Positions 23,415-36,739 of a DNA stretch of 64,000 nucleotides are shown piece after piece. The number at the start of each line of letters is the position of its first letter. Within the stretch, counting starts at the first letter, position 1. The position numbers and the translations under genes are program-made. The stretch is from positions 94,490,001 to 94,554,000 of the forward strand of contig NC_086108.1 in assembly GCF_963921235.1 (NCBI RefSeq), read 5' to 3'. This DNA is from Mobula hypostoma. Taxonomy: Eukaryota. The notes under the pieces were generated by a model that made no database searches, was not told where the DNA came from, and saw only the letters and a list, made by a program, of their open reading frames with translations.

Positions 23415-26400
23415 TGACCAGGGGTGAGCCACGGTGGCAGGGCCTCCGGCACTGAGTCTGATCCTGTGGTGCAGAAGGGTGAGATGGAGAAGAGGAGAAC
23501 TGTCGTCATTGGAGACTCTACAGTCAGGGGAGCAGACAGGAGATTTTGTGGACGTGAGAAGGACACCCGCATGCTTTGTTGCCTCCCGAGTGCCAGGGTC
23601 CGGGATGTCTCTGACTGGGTGCATGACATCCTGATATGAGAGGGAAAGCAACCAGAAGTCGTGATACATGTTGGTACCAACGACATAGGCAGGAAGAGGG
23701 ATGAGGTCCTGAAGTGCGAGTTTCGGGAACTAGGCAGAAGGCTGAAGAACAGGACCTCAAGTGTAGCATTCTCAGGGTTGCTGCCAGTGCTACGTGACAG
23801 TGATGGTAAGAATTGGAGGAGATGGCAATTGAATGCATGGCTGAGGAGTTGGTGCAGGGGGCAGGGTTTTAGATTTTTGGATCATTGGGATCTCTTCTGA
23901 GGAAGGTGGGACCTGTACAGATTGGATGGGTTGCACCTGAACTCGAGAGGGAGCAATATCCTTGCAGGTAGGTTTGCTAGCATGGTTTGGGGGGGGGGGG
24001 GCGGTGGTTAAACTCATTTGCAAGGGGGCTGGGACCCGAAGCGATAGAACAGTGGAAGAAGTGCATGGAGTAAAGCCAGATCTAACATACAGAGAGGCTT
24101 TGAGGAAAGAGAAGCAGAATAAACGGTGTAAAGACAGTAAGGTAGAAGGGCTGAAATGTGTGTACTTCAATGCAAGCAGCATCAGGAACAAAGGTGATGA
24201 ACTGAGAGCTTGGATACATACATGGAATTATGATGTAGTGGCCATTACAGAGACTTGGCTGGCACCAGGGCAGGAATGGATTCTCAATGTTCCTGGATTT
24301 CAGTGCTTTAAAAGGGATAGAAATGGGGGGAAAAGGGGAGGAGGGGCGGAATTACTGGTCAGGGATACGATTACAGCTACAGAAAGGGTGGGTAATGTAG
24401 CAGGATCCTCTTTTGAGTCAGTATGGGTGGAAGTCAGGAACAGGAAGGGAGCAGTTACTCTACTGGGAGTATTCTATAGACCCACTGGTAGCAGCAGAGA
24501 TACCGAGGAGCAGATTGGGAGGCAGATTTAGGAAAGGTGCAAAAATAACGGGGTTGTTTATCATGGGTGACTTTAACTTCCCTAATATTAATTGGCACCT
24601 GATTAGTTCCAAGGGTTGGACAGGGCAGAGTTTGTTAAGTGTGTCCAGGACAGATTCCTGTCACAGTATGTTGACAGGCCAAGAGGGGGGAATATCATAC
24701 TAGATCTAGTACTAGGTAATGAAACAGGTCAGGTCACAGATATCTCAGTGGGTGAGCATCTGGGGGACAGTGACCACTGCTCCCTGGCCTTTAGCATTAT
24801 CATGGAAAAGGATAGAATCAGAGAGGGCAGGAACATTTTTAATTGGGAAAGGGCAAATTATGAGGCTATAAGGCTAGAACCTGCGGGTGTGAATTGGGAT
24901 GATGTTTTTGCAGGGAAATGTACTATGGACATGTGGGTGATGTTTAGGGATCTCTTGCAGGATGTTAGGGATAAATTTGTCCCGGTGAGGAAGATAAAGA
25001 ATGGTAGGGTGAAGGAACCAATGGGTGACAAGTGAGGTGGAAAATCTAGTCAGGTGGAAAAAGGCAGCATACATGAGGTTTAGGAAGCAAGGATCAGATG
25101 GGTCTATTGATGAATATAGGGTAGCAAGAAAGAAGCTTAAGAAGGGGCTGAGGAGATCAAGAAGGGGGCATGAGAAGGCCTTGGCGAGTAGGGTAAAGGA
25201 AAACCCATAAGGCATTTTTCAATTATGTGAAGGACAAAAGGATGACAGGAGTGAAGGTAGGACCGATTAGAGATAAAGGTGGGAAGATGTGGCTGGAGGC
25301 TGTGGAAGTGAGCGAGTTCCTCAATGAATACTTCTCTTCGGTATTCACCAATGAGAGGGAACTTGATGATGGTGAGGACAATGAGTGAGGTTGATGTTCT
25401 GGAGCATGTTGATATTAAGGGAGAGGAGGTGTTGGAGTTGATAAAATACATTAGCATGGACAAATCCCCAGGGCCTGACAGAATATTCCCTAGGCTGCTC
25501 CATGAGGCAAGGGAAGAGATTGCTGAGCCTCTGGCTAGGATCTTTATGTCCTCATTGTCCACGGGAATGGTACCGGAGGATTAGAGGTAGGCGAATGTTG
25601 ATCCCTTGTTCAAAAAAGGTAGTAGGGATAGTCCGGGTAATTATAGACCGGTGAGCCTCTACGTCTGTGGTGGAAAAGCTGTTGGAACAGATTTTTAGAG
25701 ATAGGATCTTTGGGCATTTACAGAGTCATGGTCTGATCAGGGACAGTCAGCGTGGCTTTGTGAAGGGCAGATCGTGTCTAACAAGCCTGATATAGTATTT
25801 TTCTTTGAGGAGGTGACCAGGCATATAGATGAGGGTAGTGCAGTGGATGTGATCTGCATGGATTTTAGTAAGATATTTGACAAGGTTCCACATGGTAGTC
25901 TTATTCAGAAAGTCAGAAGGCATGGGATCCAGGGAAGTTTGGCCAGGTGGATTCAGAATTGGCTTGCCTGCAAAAAGCAAAGGGTCTTGGTGGAGGGAGT
26001 ACATTCGGATTGGAGGGCTGTGACTAGTGGTGTCCCACAAGGATCTGTACTGGGACCTCTACTTTTCGTGATTTTTATTAATGACTTGGATGTGGGGGTA
26101 GAAGGGTGGGTTGGCAAGTTTGCAGACAACACAAAGGTTAGTGATGTTGTAGATAGTGTAGAGGATTGTCAAAGATTGCAGAGAGGCACTGATAGAATGC
26201 AGAAGTGGGCTGAGAAGTGGCAGATGGAGTTCAACCCGAAGAAGTGTGAGGTGGTACACTTTGGAAGGACAAACTCCAAGGCAGAGTACAAAGTAAATGG
26301 CAGGATACTTGGTAGTGTGGAGGAGCAGAGAGATCTGGGGGTACATGTCCACAGATCCTTGAAAGTTGCCTCACAGGTAGATAGGGTAGTTAAGAAAGCT

Positions 26401-26998
26401 TATGGGGTGTTAGCTTTCCTAAGTCGAGGGATAGAGTTTAAGAGTCGCGAGGTAATGATGCAGCTCTATAAAACTCTGGTTAGGCCACACTTGGGAGTAC
26501 TGTGTCCAGTTCTGGTCACCTCACTATAGGAAGGATGTGGAAGCATTGGAAAGGGTACAAAGGAGATTTACCAGGAGGCTGCCTGGTTTAGAGAGTATGC
26601 ATTATGATCAGAGATTAAGGGAGCTAGGGCTTTACTCTTTGGAGAGAAGGAGGATGAGGGGAGACATGATAGAGATATACAAGATATTAAGAGGAATAGA
26701 TAGAGTGGGTAGCCAGCGTCTCTTCCCAAGGGCACCACTGCTCAATACAAGAGGACATGGCTTTAAGGTAAGGGGTGGGAAGTTCAAGGGGGATATTAGA
26801 GGAAGGTTTTTTACTCAGAGAGTGGTTGGTGCGTGGAACGCACTGCCTGAGTCAGTGGTGAAGGCAGATACACTAGTGAAATTTAACAGACTACTAGACA
26901 GGTATATGGAGGAATTTAAGGTGGAGGGTTATATAGGAGGCAGGGTTTGAGGGTCAGCACAACATTGTGGGCCGAAGGGCCTGTACTGTACTATTCTA
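23415..26998 (+). mobile_element. 5'-truncated CR1 (HER1-like) LINE with ORF1 esterase and ORF2
   Basis: VIGDSTVRG and HVGTND in ORF1. YFNASSIRNK, GDSDH, SGVPQGSVLGP and KFADN in ORF2. Tail GGGCCGAAGGGCCTGTACTG. Confidence 0.95.
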
Positions 26999-27083
26999 TA
27001 AAGCAAAAAGAGAATCTGCATGGATGCTTTAAATGGAAGTTTCCTAAAGAAACACCAGAGGTGAAGTAGCTTGGGATTGAATA

Positions 27084-27290
27084 CAAAATGCTGAAGGAAC
27101 TCAGCAGGTCAGGGGCCATCAATGGAACGGAATAACAGTCGATGTTTCAGGCCAAGGAATCCGGAGGAAGAGTCTCGACCAAAACATTGATTTTTTAAAT
27201 TTATTTCAATAGATGCTGCCTGACCTGCTGAGTTCATCCAGCATTTTACTTGTGTTATTCTGGATTTCCAACATCTGCAGAATCTTGTGT
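27084..27290. mobile_element. Fold-back Penelope-derived mini-element
   Basis: Inverted arms ATGCTGAAGGAACTCAGCAGGTCAGG / CCTGACCTGCTGAGTTCATCCAGCAT. Degenerate TSD TTGGGATTGAATA / TTGGGAACGAATA. Confidence 0.7.
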
Positions 27291-27639
27291 TTGGGAACGA
27301 ATATCACAGACAAGGAACATGATTAGCCCCCAAAGAGAAAGCTTAAACTTCTACAATATGTACCCATAGGATATTCCAAAGCACTCCAGAGTTAATTAAT
27401 GAGTTCATTTGTTGACAAACACAGTAACTAATTTGGACAATAATGAGATAACAACTAGTTAATTAGCTACTTAGGCTGTGTTAAGCAGTGTTGCATCAAG
27501 GTCAAAAGAAAACTCCCCCACTTTCAACTGAATAGCATATTGAAGCAAGTTGGCTGGCTGACAAAATTTTTTTTAAAGCACAGGGAGCGATGGTGCAGAG
27601 GTCATGAAGAGATTTAAAGAGCAGGACAAGAATTCTATG

Positions 27640-27871
27640 CAACACAAAAAATGCTATAAGAATTCAGCAGGCCAGGCAGCATCTATGGAGAAGAGTAAAC
27701 AGTCAACATTTTGGTCTGAGACCCTTCATCAGGACTGGTAAAGGGTCTCGGCCTGAAACATCAACTGTTTGTCTACTCTTTCCCATAGATGCTCTCTGGC
27801 CTGAGTTCCTCCACCAACTTTTGTGTGTTGCTTGGATTTCCAACATTTGCAGATTTTCTCGTCTTTGTGCT
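27640..27871. mobile_element. Fold-back Penelope-derived mini-element with two opposed hammerhead-like motifs
   Basis: Inverted arms of about 90 bp centred near 27735. 14-bp TSD ACAAGAATTCTATG at 27626-27639 and 27872-27885. Confidence 0.8.
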
Positions 27872-27914
27872 ACAAGAATTCTATGTGGCTGGGAACAATT
27901 CTATCTGAGCAATC

Positions 27915-29500
27915 AGATTGATTCAGAATCAGATTTAATATCACTGGCATATGCCAAGAAGATTTGTTAACTTTATGGCTGCAGACATAAAGTACTGAAT
28001 AAAATACATGATAAATAAATAGAGAAAACCAGAGTTTGTGTGTGTGTGTGTGTGTATCGCAGAAAAATTGGACTAAAAAAAAAAGTGAGGTAGTGTCCTT
28101 GGGTTCAATGTCCATTTAGAAATCGGATGGCAGAGGGGAAAGAAGCTGTTTCAGACTCTTGCACCTCCTTCCCAACGGTAACAGTGTGAAGATGGCATGT
28201 CCTGTGTGGCGGGGATCCTGGACGCCACCTTCCTGAGGCATTGCTACGTGAAGACGTCTTGGATAATACGGAGAATGGTACCCATGATGGAGCTGACTAA
28301 TCTTACAAGTTCCTGCAACTTATTTCAATCTTGTGCAGTGGCTGCCCGCGCCACCCCCCCCCACCACCAGACAGTGATGCAGCCAGTCAGAATGCTCTCC
28401 ATGAAACATTTGTAAAAGTTTGAGAAGGAAGGGGGGGGGGAACCCAGAGGATGGGCAGGGGGTATAGTCAGAGGGACAGAGGGAGAAAAAGGAGACTTAC
28501 CCATCCTCTGGGTTCCCCCCCCCTTCTCCCTGGGCCTCCTGTCCCATGATTCATATCCCTTTTGCCAATCACCTGTGCAGCTCTTGGCTCCATCCCTCCC
28601 CCTCCTGTCTTCTCCAATCATTTTGGATCTCCTCAAACTCCTAATGAAATATAGCTGCTGTCTTGCCTTCTTTATAGCTGCATCAATATGTTGCATCCAG
28701 GTTAGGTCCTCAGAGATAACGACACTCAGGAACTTGAAATTGCTCATTCCACTTCTGATCCCTCTACGAGGATCGATTTGTGTTCCTTATCTTACCCTTC
28801 CTGAAGTCCACAAACAGCTCTTTGGTCTTGCTGATGTTGAGTGCAAGGTTGCTGCCACGACACCACTCATCTAGCTGGTACATCTTGCTCCTGTACGGCC
28901 TTTCGTCACAATGCCAAAAAAATGGCTGTATCATCAGCAAATTTTGTGACCTATGCCTAGCCACATAGTCATGGATGTAGAGACAGTAGAGCAGTGGGCT
29001 AAGCACACATCCTTATGTTAATTGTCAGCAATGTGGAGACGTAATTTCCAATCCGCACAGATTGTGGTTTTCTGGTTAGGAAGTAAAGCATTCAGTTGCA
29101 GAAGGAGGTACAAAAGCCTAGATTCTGTAGCTTTTTGATCAGGACTGTAAGAATGATGGTGTTAAATGTTGAGCTATAATCAATAAACAGCATTCTGGCA
29201 TAGGTATTTGCACTGTCCAGGTGACACAAGGCTGTGTGGACAGCCAGTGAGATAGCTGTAGACCTATTGTGGCAATAGGCAAATCGCAGTGAGTCCAGGT
29301 TCTTCCTGAGACAGATGATGATTCTAGCCATGACCAAGATCTCAAAGTACTTCATCACTGTAGACGTGAGTGATACTGGACAAAGGTCTTTGAGGCAGCT
29401 CACACTACTCTTCTTGGGCACTGATATAATTGTTGCCCTTTTGCTCCGACGGTAGCAATGAGAGATTGAAAATGTCTTTGAATGCTCCTGCCAGTTGGTT
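27915..29500 (-). mobile_element. Rex1/Babar-like LINE RT remnant (with a Penelope-like insert at about 28420-28630)
   Basis: RMLFIDYSSTFNTI, LSPLLYCLY, LNISKTKEL and KKARQQLYF. (ATTCTG)n tail. Confidence 0.85.
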
Positions 29501-31309
29501 GGCACAGATTTTTAATACATCTGTTTAAAGTTCAGGTTGAAGCTATCCCTCAATGCAACAGATGTCCTGAAATTAACAGATGTCCTGAAATTAAAACAAG
29601 TCAATTCTGTTTTGGATGTAATATTACTGCTGATATGTTGTACATAGTAATTAGTACTGAATAATAAGTCTAAATGTCATAGAGATGGATAATTGTTTCT
29701 TTATTTTTAGATTGTGAGAAAGAACCCCATGTTTATCAGAATACAAATATATCAAAACAAATACAGGTCAATTATTACACTTGTATCAGCTTTTTCATCT
29801 GAATGAAATTATGAAGAACCTGCTGCACCAAGTCATTAAGAGCTCAGAAAGCTATTTAAAAAAAAACAATATTTTTGTACTAATAAAAGCACTTCTTACT
29901 CTGCCTCATGCTTATAAAAGCATGAAGGAACTTCATCAGTTGAACAGTGAACACAAAAAAAAACTTCAAATCAAGCAAGAATATATTGCACATTTATCCA
30001 CGACACAAAATAGTGCAAAATATTAGAAAAAAAACAGGGATTACAAGTAAAAACTATTCATAACAGCAAAATTAAAACAAGATGGAATTTGAAAATGCTG
30101 ACTGTATAAGCATAGAATACTGCAAAATACTTCACATTAAAAGAGAAAAAAAAATGTCCAATGATTCAAAGGACATTTTCAGCTAGTATGTTAAAGAATT
30201 CACGATGAATGCCACTGACAAGCTATAGGGAGGAAAATTAAATTGTGACATACCTGCTCATATCAGCCACAACTTATCTTTGCATTACTCAAGAATATTG
30301 AAAATCAGATATGAATGTTTCAATAAAGCTAATGGCATGTACCTTTTCTCTATATAGTTTAATTATTACCCCATGATTTGCACACATTTGTTTGAAATGA
30401 CCAGCCAAAGCTAGATTTCTACCTTTCCTGCAATGAGAGCTGGCACTGCAACTAGTCAATGTCTGTGTTGTGTTCTGCACTATAAAGTCTTAAATTAAAT
30501 TAGAGTAAATTTAAATTACAGGACTGATTAAAAATTTAATTTTGTAATCAAGTTCAATGTTAAATTATCCATTACATGTGTTAGAATTAATGTTTTAATT
30601 TTACCTACTAAAGATACAACTACAAAAATTTGTGCATCAAAACTTGCACAGTTACTGCTTTACGCTAGCTCTGAGAGCACCCTAACACCAACAACCACTG
30701 GCTTAGCAGCAAGAGCTAAAGGTTAAAGCACCCCATTGAGTTGGATAATGCTAACTGGATTGATTGTCACAATCATAATCATAGAAATCAGTCTTTAACC
30801 AACTGGATAGACTCGATACAACATCAGGAGGATGTTAAGGATACAGGATGTTGAAACAAGACAATCCAATTGTAGCCCTACAGCTCGGTCAGAAGGTCAG
30901 AAATAGACACGTTTGCTCTTTGCCCAAGTTTCTCAGAAAAAGTTCATACTTGCATTCAGCAAGATTTAGATCACATTCAGGTTTGGACTAAAACGCTGAC
31001 CAATAAACCATTTACAATAAACTGAAGACAATCCTCAACTGCATGACGCACAATATAGTTAAAATGCCAAATTCCTCACCATTAACATTAGAATTCCGGG
31101 GAGTCACCACACTGAAACTCATCGACCGACTTCCCAGTACCAAACTATTGTTCATATGTCAGGAGTGTGATTGAACATTTGCCACCTATCTGGAAAGGGA
31201 CAATACATTAAATAGCCAACATAACCAAAAGATCATTAGTATAGCTCCTACACCTTTCTGAGTCATTCTAAATTTGACCAGTCATTTCCACTAGAGCTCC
31301 AAGTTTGTA

Positions 31310-32215
31310 CCATAAGACCATAAGACAAAGGAGCAGAAGTCGGCCATTCGGCCCATCGAGTCTGCTCCGCCATTTTATCATGAGCTGATCCATTCTCCCA
31401 TTTAGTCCTACTCCCCCGCCTTCTCACCATAACCTTTGACGCCCTGGCTACTCAGATACCCATCAATCTCTGCCTTAAATACACCCAATGACTTGGCCTC
31501 CACTGCTGCCCGTGGCAACAAATTCCATAGATTCACCACCCTCTGGCTAAAAAAATTTCTTCGCATCTCTGTTCTGAATGGGCACCCTTCAATCCTTAAG
31601 TCATGCCCTCTCATACTAGACTCCCCCATCATGGGAAACAACTTTGCCACATCTACTCTGTCCATGCCTTCCAACATTCGAATGTTTCTATAAGGTCTCC
31701 CCTCATTCTTCGAAACTCCAAGGAATACAGTCCAAGAGCAGACAAACATTCCTCATATGTCAACCCTCTCATTCCTGGAATCATTCTAGTGAATCTTCTC
31801 TGTACCCTCTCCAACCTCAGCACATCTTTTCTTAAATAAGGAGACCAAAACTGCCCACAGTACTCCAAGTGAGGTCTCACCAGCGCCTTATCCCATCACA
31901 TCCCTGCTCCTATACTCTATTCCTCTAGAAATGAATGCCAACATTGCATTTGCCTTCTTCACTACCGACTCAACCTGGAGGTTAACCTTAAGGGTATCCT
32001 GTACAAGGACTCCCAAGGACTACCTATCTTCATATCATCAGCAAACTTAGCCACAAAGCCATCTATTCCATAATCCAAATTGATGATGTACAATATTAAA
32101 AGAAGCAGCCCCAACACGGACCCCTGTGGAACACCACTGGTAACCAGCAGCCAACCAGAATAGGATCCCTTTATTCCCACTCTTTGTTTCCTGCCAATCA
32201 GCCAATGCTCTATCA
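31310..32215 (-). mobile_element. CR1 LINE 3' part with an internal deletion near 32018
   Basis: SGVPQGSVLG, KFADD, RPHLEYC and FFSQRVVNLW. (TCTTATGG)n tail. Confidence 0.92.
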
Positions 32216-32500
32216 TCTAGTGCAAGGGGGCATAATTTTAAGGTGATTTAAGTATGGAGGGTGTGGGGGGAGGCAAGTTCCTCACACAGAGTAGCGAATG
32301 TGTGGAACACACCACTGGGGATGGTGGTAGAGGAAGATACATTAAAGGCATTTAACTTAGATGGGCACATGGATGATAGAAAACGGAGGGTTATTTGTGG
32401 GCGGGTGGGGGAAGGTTTGGATTGATCTTGGAGTAGGTTAAAAGGTTAGCACAACATCATGGCCTTAAGGGCTTGTGCTGTGCTGTAATGTTCTATGTTC
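32215..32500 (+). mobile_element. CR1 3' tail fragment
   Basis: GCACAACATCATGGCCTTAAGGGC...TGTTCTATGTTCTA tail. Confidence 0.7.
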
Positions 32501-32585
32501 TACAAACTCACCTTTTGTTTATGCTTCATTCTCAATTCATGCAAATTCCATGCTGCCCACCTTCACACCCTTGAAATCTCTACAT

Positions 32586-32669
32586 CAGGGGTTCCCAACC
32601 TGGGATCCACAGACCCCTCAGTTAATGGTATGGGTCAACAGCATTTAAAAAAGGGTTGGAAATCCCCCA
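32586..32669. mobile_element. hAT MITE, second copy of the 1568-1647 family
   Basis: Begins CAGGGGTTCCCAACCTGGG. TSD CTCTACAT / CTCTACAG. Confidence 0.8.
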
Positions 32670-33084
32670 CTCTACAGGAACCAATTTTAACTTAATTGAC
32701 AAGCATTGTGTACAACGCTTTTCAACCACATGGATGAACTTTGCTTGTGACAGTGAATCAACTTGGCATAAATTCACCAAGCAATGTTTCTCCCCATAAT
32801 TTAAAACACTTAAAGCCTGCTATTGAAATAATACCTTTCTTCATGCAGCTTCAATTTGCAAAATCTCAATACCTTCTCATCATTGGAAACCGTATCGTTC
32901 ATATATCAGAATCTTGATGTAAAGGATAGGAGACAGCATTAGATTGTTATGATTAAGTTGAATCGACAAGTTTTATAATAGGGTTTAAAAAATGGTCTCT
33001 GTCTAAAACACAGTGCTTATTTCCCTTCACAGGTTCTGCCTGGCTGTGTGTATAGTTTATCCCAGGGAATTTACATTTGAGGAT

Positions 33085-34505
33085 GTGGCTATATTAATCA
33101 TACCAGGGCCAAAGAGGAACTTAGTAACCTGCCTCAATTATTATTGTCCAGTAGCACTCACAACAACTGTGATGAAGTGCTTTGAGGTTGGCCATGAAGC
33201 ACATCAACTCCTGTCTGAATCCACTCTAATTTGCCTCCCATCACAACAAGTCAACAGCAGATGCCATTTCACTTAGCTCTGGAACATCTATCAGGACAGT
33301 GAGGATGCAATCATCAGGATGATTTTAATTGACTACGACTCAGCATTTAACACCATCATCCCTGCAAAACTAATCAATAAGCTCCAAGACCCAGGCCTCG
33401 ATACCTCCTTGTGTAACCAGCTCCTCAATTTCCTCACTTGCAGACTCCAGTCAGTATGTTTTGGCAACAACATCTCCTCCACAAGCAACATCAGCACAGG
33501 TGCATCACAAGGCTGTCTGCTTAGTCCCCTGTTTAACTCACTCTACACTTATGACTGTGAGACTAGGTAGAGCTCCAATGCCATATTTAATTTTGCTGAT
33601 GACTGTACTGTTGTTGGCCAAATCAAAGGTAGTGATGAATCAGCATAAAGGAGAGAGACTGAAAATCCGATTGCGTGGTGTGACAGCAACAACCTCTCAC
33701 TCAACATCAGCAAGACCAAAGAGCTACCAGAGGAAAAAATTGGGGGTGCATGAGCCAGTGCTCATTAGGGGATCGGAGGTGGAGTTGGTAACTTTAAATT
33801 CCTGGGCATTATCATGTCAGAGGATCTGACTAGCATACAAATGCCATTTCAAAGAAAGCAAGGCAGCACCTCTACTTCCTTAGAAGTTAGTGCAGATTTG
33901 ACGTGACATCTAAAACTCTGACCAACTTCTATAGATGCGTAGCAGAGAGTATCCTGACTGGCTGGTATGGAAACATTAGTGTCCAGGAACAGAAAAACCA
34001 ACACAAAAAGTGGAGGATACAATCCAGTTTATCACAGGAAAAGCCCCCACCCCAAATCCTTTTCATTAAGCACATCTATAAAGAGCACTGGTACAAGAAA
34101 GCAGCATTCAAAGACCCCAACCATCCTGGCCATGCTCTCTTCTCGCTGCTACCATAAGAAAGAAATACAGGGGTCATAAGTTCCACACCACCAGGATCAG
34201 GAAAAGTTATTACCCCTCAACCATCAGGCTCCAAAACTTATGCCTTCACTCACCTCAACACTGATCTGATTATTGAACACAACCCCTGGACTCATTTTCA
34301 AGGGCTCTACAACTCATGTTCTCAGTATTATTTATTATTACTTGTTACGTTTTGTATTTGCACAATTTGTCAGTTTTTGTGGATAGTTTTTCCATTGATT
34401 CTATTGTACTTTGTTCTCTTGTGAATGTCTGCAAGAAAGTGAATCTCAGGGTAATATTTGATGACATAGGCACTTTAATAATAAATTTACTTTCAACTTT
34501 TGAAG
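33085..34505 (+). mobile_element. Rex1/Babar-like LINE RT and 3' remnant
   Basis: CLNYYCPVALTTTVMKCFE, IDYDSAFNTII and TGASQGCLLSP, with a Rex-type tail. Confidence 0.85.
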
Positions 34506-35019
34506 CTTAATTAAGGTCGAAAAGGAGAAACTTGCAGACAGAAACATGATCTCACAAAACAGCAGGTTAAAAAACTGGAAGACTGGATAGTGCAAAGATC
34601 ACCAGGCAAATCAGTTGCATGCACTATACCTTAGTAAAGACAGCAAGAATCATGAAGCTTTGGGTGTCTGGATATTCAACTCACCAAAAGCCAATGCTCT
34701 TGCATATGGTACTTAAATACTTTATCAAAAGTTGCAACTTATCTCAAAATGACAGGAACATAAAAGTGTTTAGTCATCAAATTATTCAGTTTCTTAGTAA
34801 GAAAGCAAAAGAAATGCTCTTAGTTTTCAATTTTTATTGGCCCTGAAAGAGGTTAAATAACAAATTCACCAAGATTAGAGCAAACCTTTAAAGATTAAAG
34901 AATACCTACAATATAACTTGCATTCCTCATACTCACGATTGAGGAAGGGATTTTTTAAAAAAAGCTGAAATTATTCAACAATGGATTCAGAGATATTGTT
35001 TCCTTTGTTGGGAGATTTC

Positions 35020-35800
35020 AGAGACAAAGGTACAAGAGCACACGAATATACAAACAGACCAGCAGGCCCCTTGAACCTGCCCCACCATTCAATACGATCA
35101 TGGCTGATCAATGCTGGCCTCAACTCCTCTTCTCTATCAGTTCCCATAACTCTCAATTTCTCACTCTTTCAAATATTTATCTCCTGCTTCAATATATCTA
35201 AAGATCTGGCATCCACCACCAGCAGGAGCATAGAACTGCAGACAACCACAACTGAGAAGTTGTTCCTATGCACCTGTTTTAAATGCTTGGACTCTCAATT
35301 TGTAGCAATACCCCCTTGCTCGTAACATTGCCACCAGTGGAAACATCTCAACATCTACCGTATCAAGACCGCAGGACCCTATACAGTATGTTTGAATAAC
35401 TCATTCATCCAAATCCCAAGGAATGCAAACTGTCTAGTGTTTTTTAGTAGAATCTATTCCAGGAGTTAGCCTGGCGAATCTCCTTTGGACTGCTTCCAAT
35501 CCGTAACCTAGACAGAAACTCTGCATAGCCTCATTAACACCCATAACAGAACTCCCTTATTCTTAAGCTCAACCCTTTTGCAATTCAGGCCACCATGTCA
35601 TTTGCCTTCTCTACCCCTTGTTGAACCTGCCTGATAACTTTTAATTCAAGCACAGGAACATCTAGGTCCCTCTGAACTGCACTCATTTGCAGTTTCTCTT
35701 CATTAATATCCATCTTTTGAAGGTTCTGACCAAAGTGCATGACCTCACACAGCCCACTCCCCACTTCATTATCCAGCTTTTAGCCCAATCTACCCTGCCC
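35020..35800 (-). mobile_element. Old CR1 3' fragment
   Basis: Reverse-complement CR1 tail (GGCCCCTTGAACCTGC...ATCATGGCTGATC) and a decayed ORF2 end. Confidence 0.65.
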
Positions 35801-36739
35801 ATCCTAACAGAACAGTTCTAACCTTCCTTAAAACTGGTGTCAGTGTCCCATGAAAATCTTACTTTGAGCCATTCATTACCTCTATATTCCTATTTACCCT
35901 TTGCCAATTTGCGGTTGGCTCTGATTACCTTTCCTGTGGTTCTGCTTTTCAATTCCAGGTTACTGCCCAGCCAATTCGGAAAAGTACATTTCCCCACATA
36001 AGTTAGTAGAGTTCTGGAACTTACCCCATTCTGATAAAGGCTGTGGATGCAGGATCAACTGACACTCCATCTTGAAACCTGTTCTCAGGTTTTACTGAAC
36101 GAAGAGTGAACACATTCCCCATTTCTTGCATCCGCTGTTAGAATTAAAAGTTGGTAAGACGCTTCGCTTCTAATTGAACTGCTGGTCATAACACTATTCA
36201 GTGCTGATAGAACCAGAAACCATGGCACAATTCAAAGTTATTCCAGAAAAGTTCCCACCAGGAAATATGATTTTACGGTTTCAGATGCATAGAGCCAAGA
36301 TCCTATAGCAGGTTTGTGTATTACATTGATGCAGTTACTCAGATTTGCACTTGAGTAATATACTGCAGAGTATATTGAAGTATACTGATATCTCCTAGCA
36401 TTCATGAGATGAAGGGGAAAGAAATGGTTTCAATCATCTTTGCTGCTGGTTGTTCTAATATGGAGGTTAATACTTTATATTTCAGGCCAAATGATCAATC
36501 ATGCTCATGAATGCTAACCAGCTCTACCTTACAACCTTTCAAACTCTCTAGTCTCCAAGTTACCAGAGTGATTATCAGATATGGATGGGCATAAAATTCA
36601 TCCAGATAAATGTTAGGAACACTGAAGTCAAAATTTTTGATTCCACTTGATTCTCTATTTTGGTTCTCTGCACACCATTTCCACTCCTCTTTGTGCAGCG
36701 TACACAAAGCTGAAATAGACCTTTGCAACCCTGGTTTCC

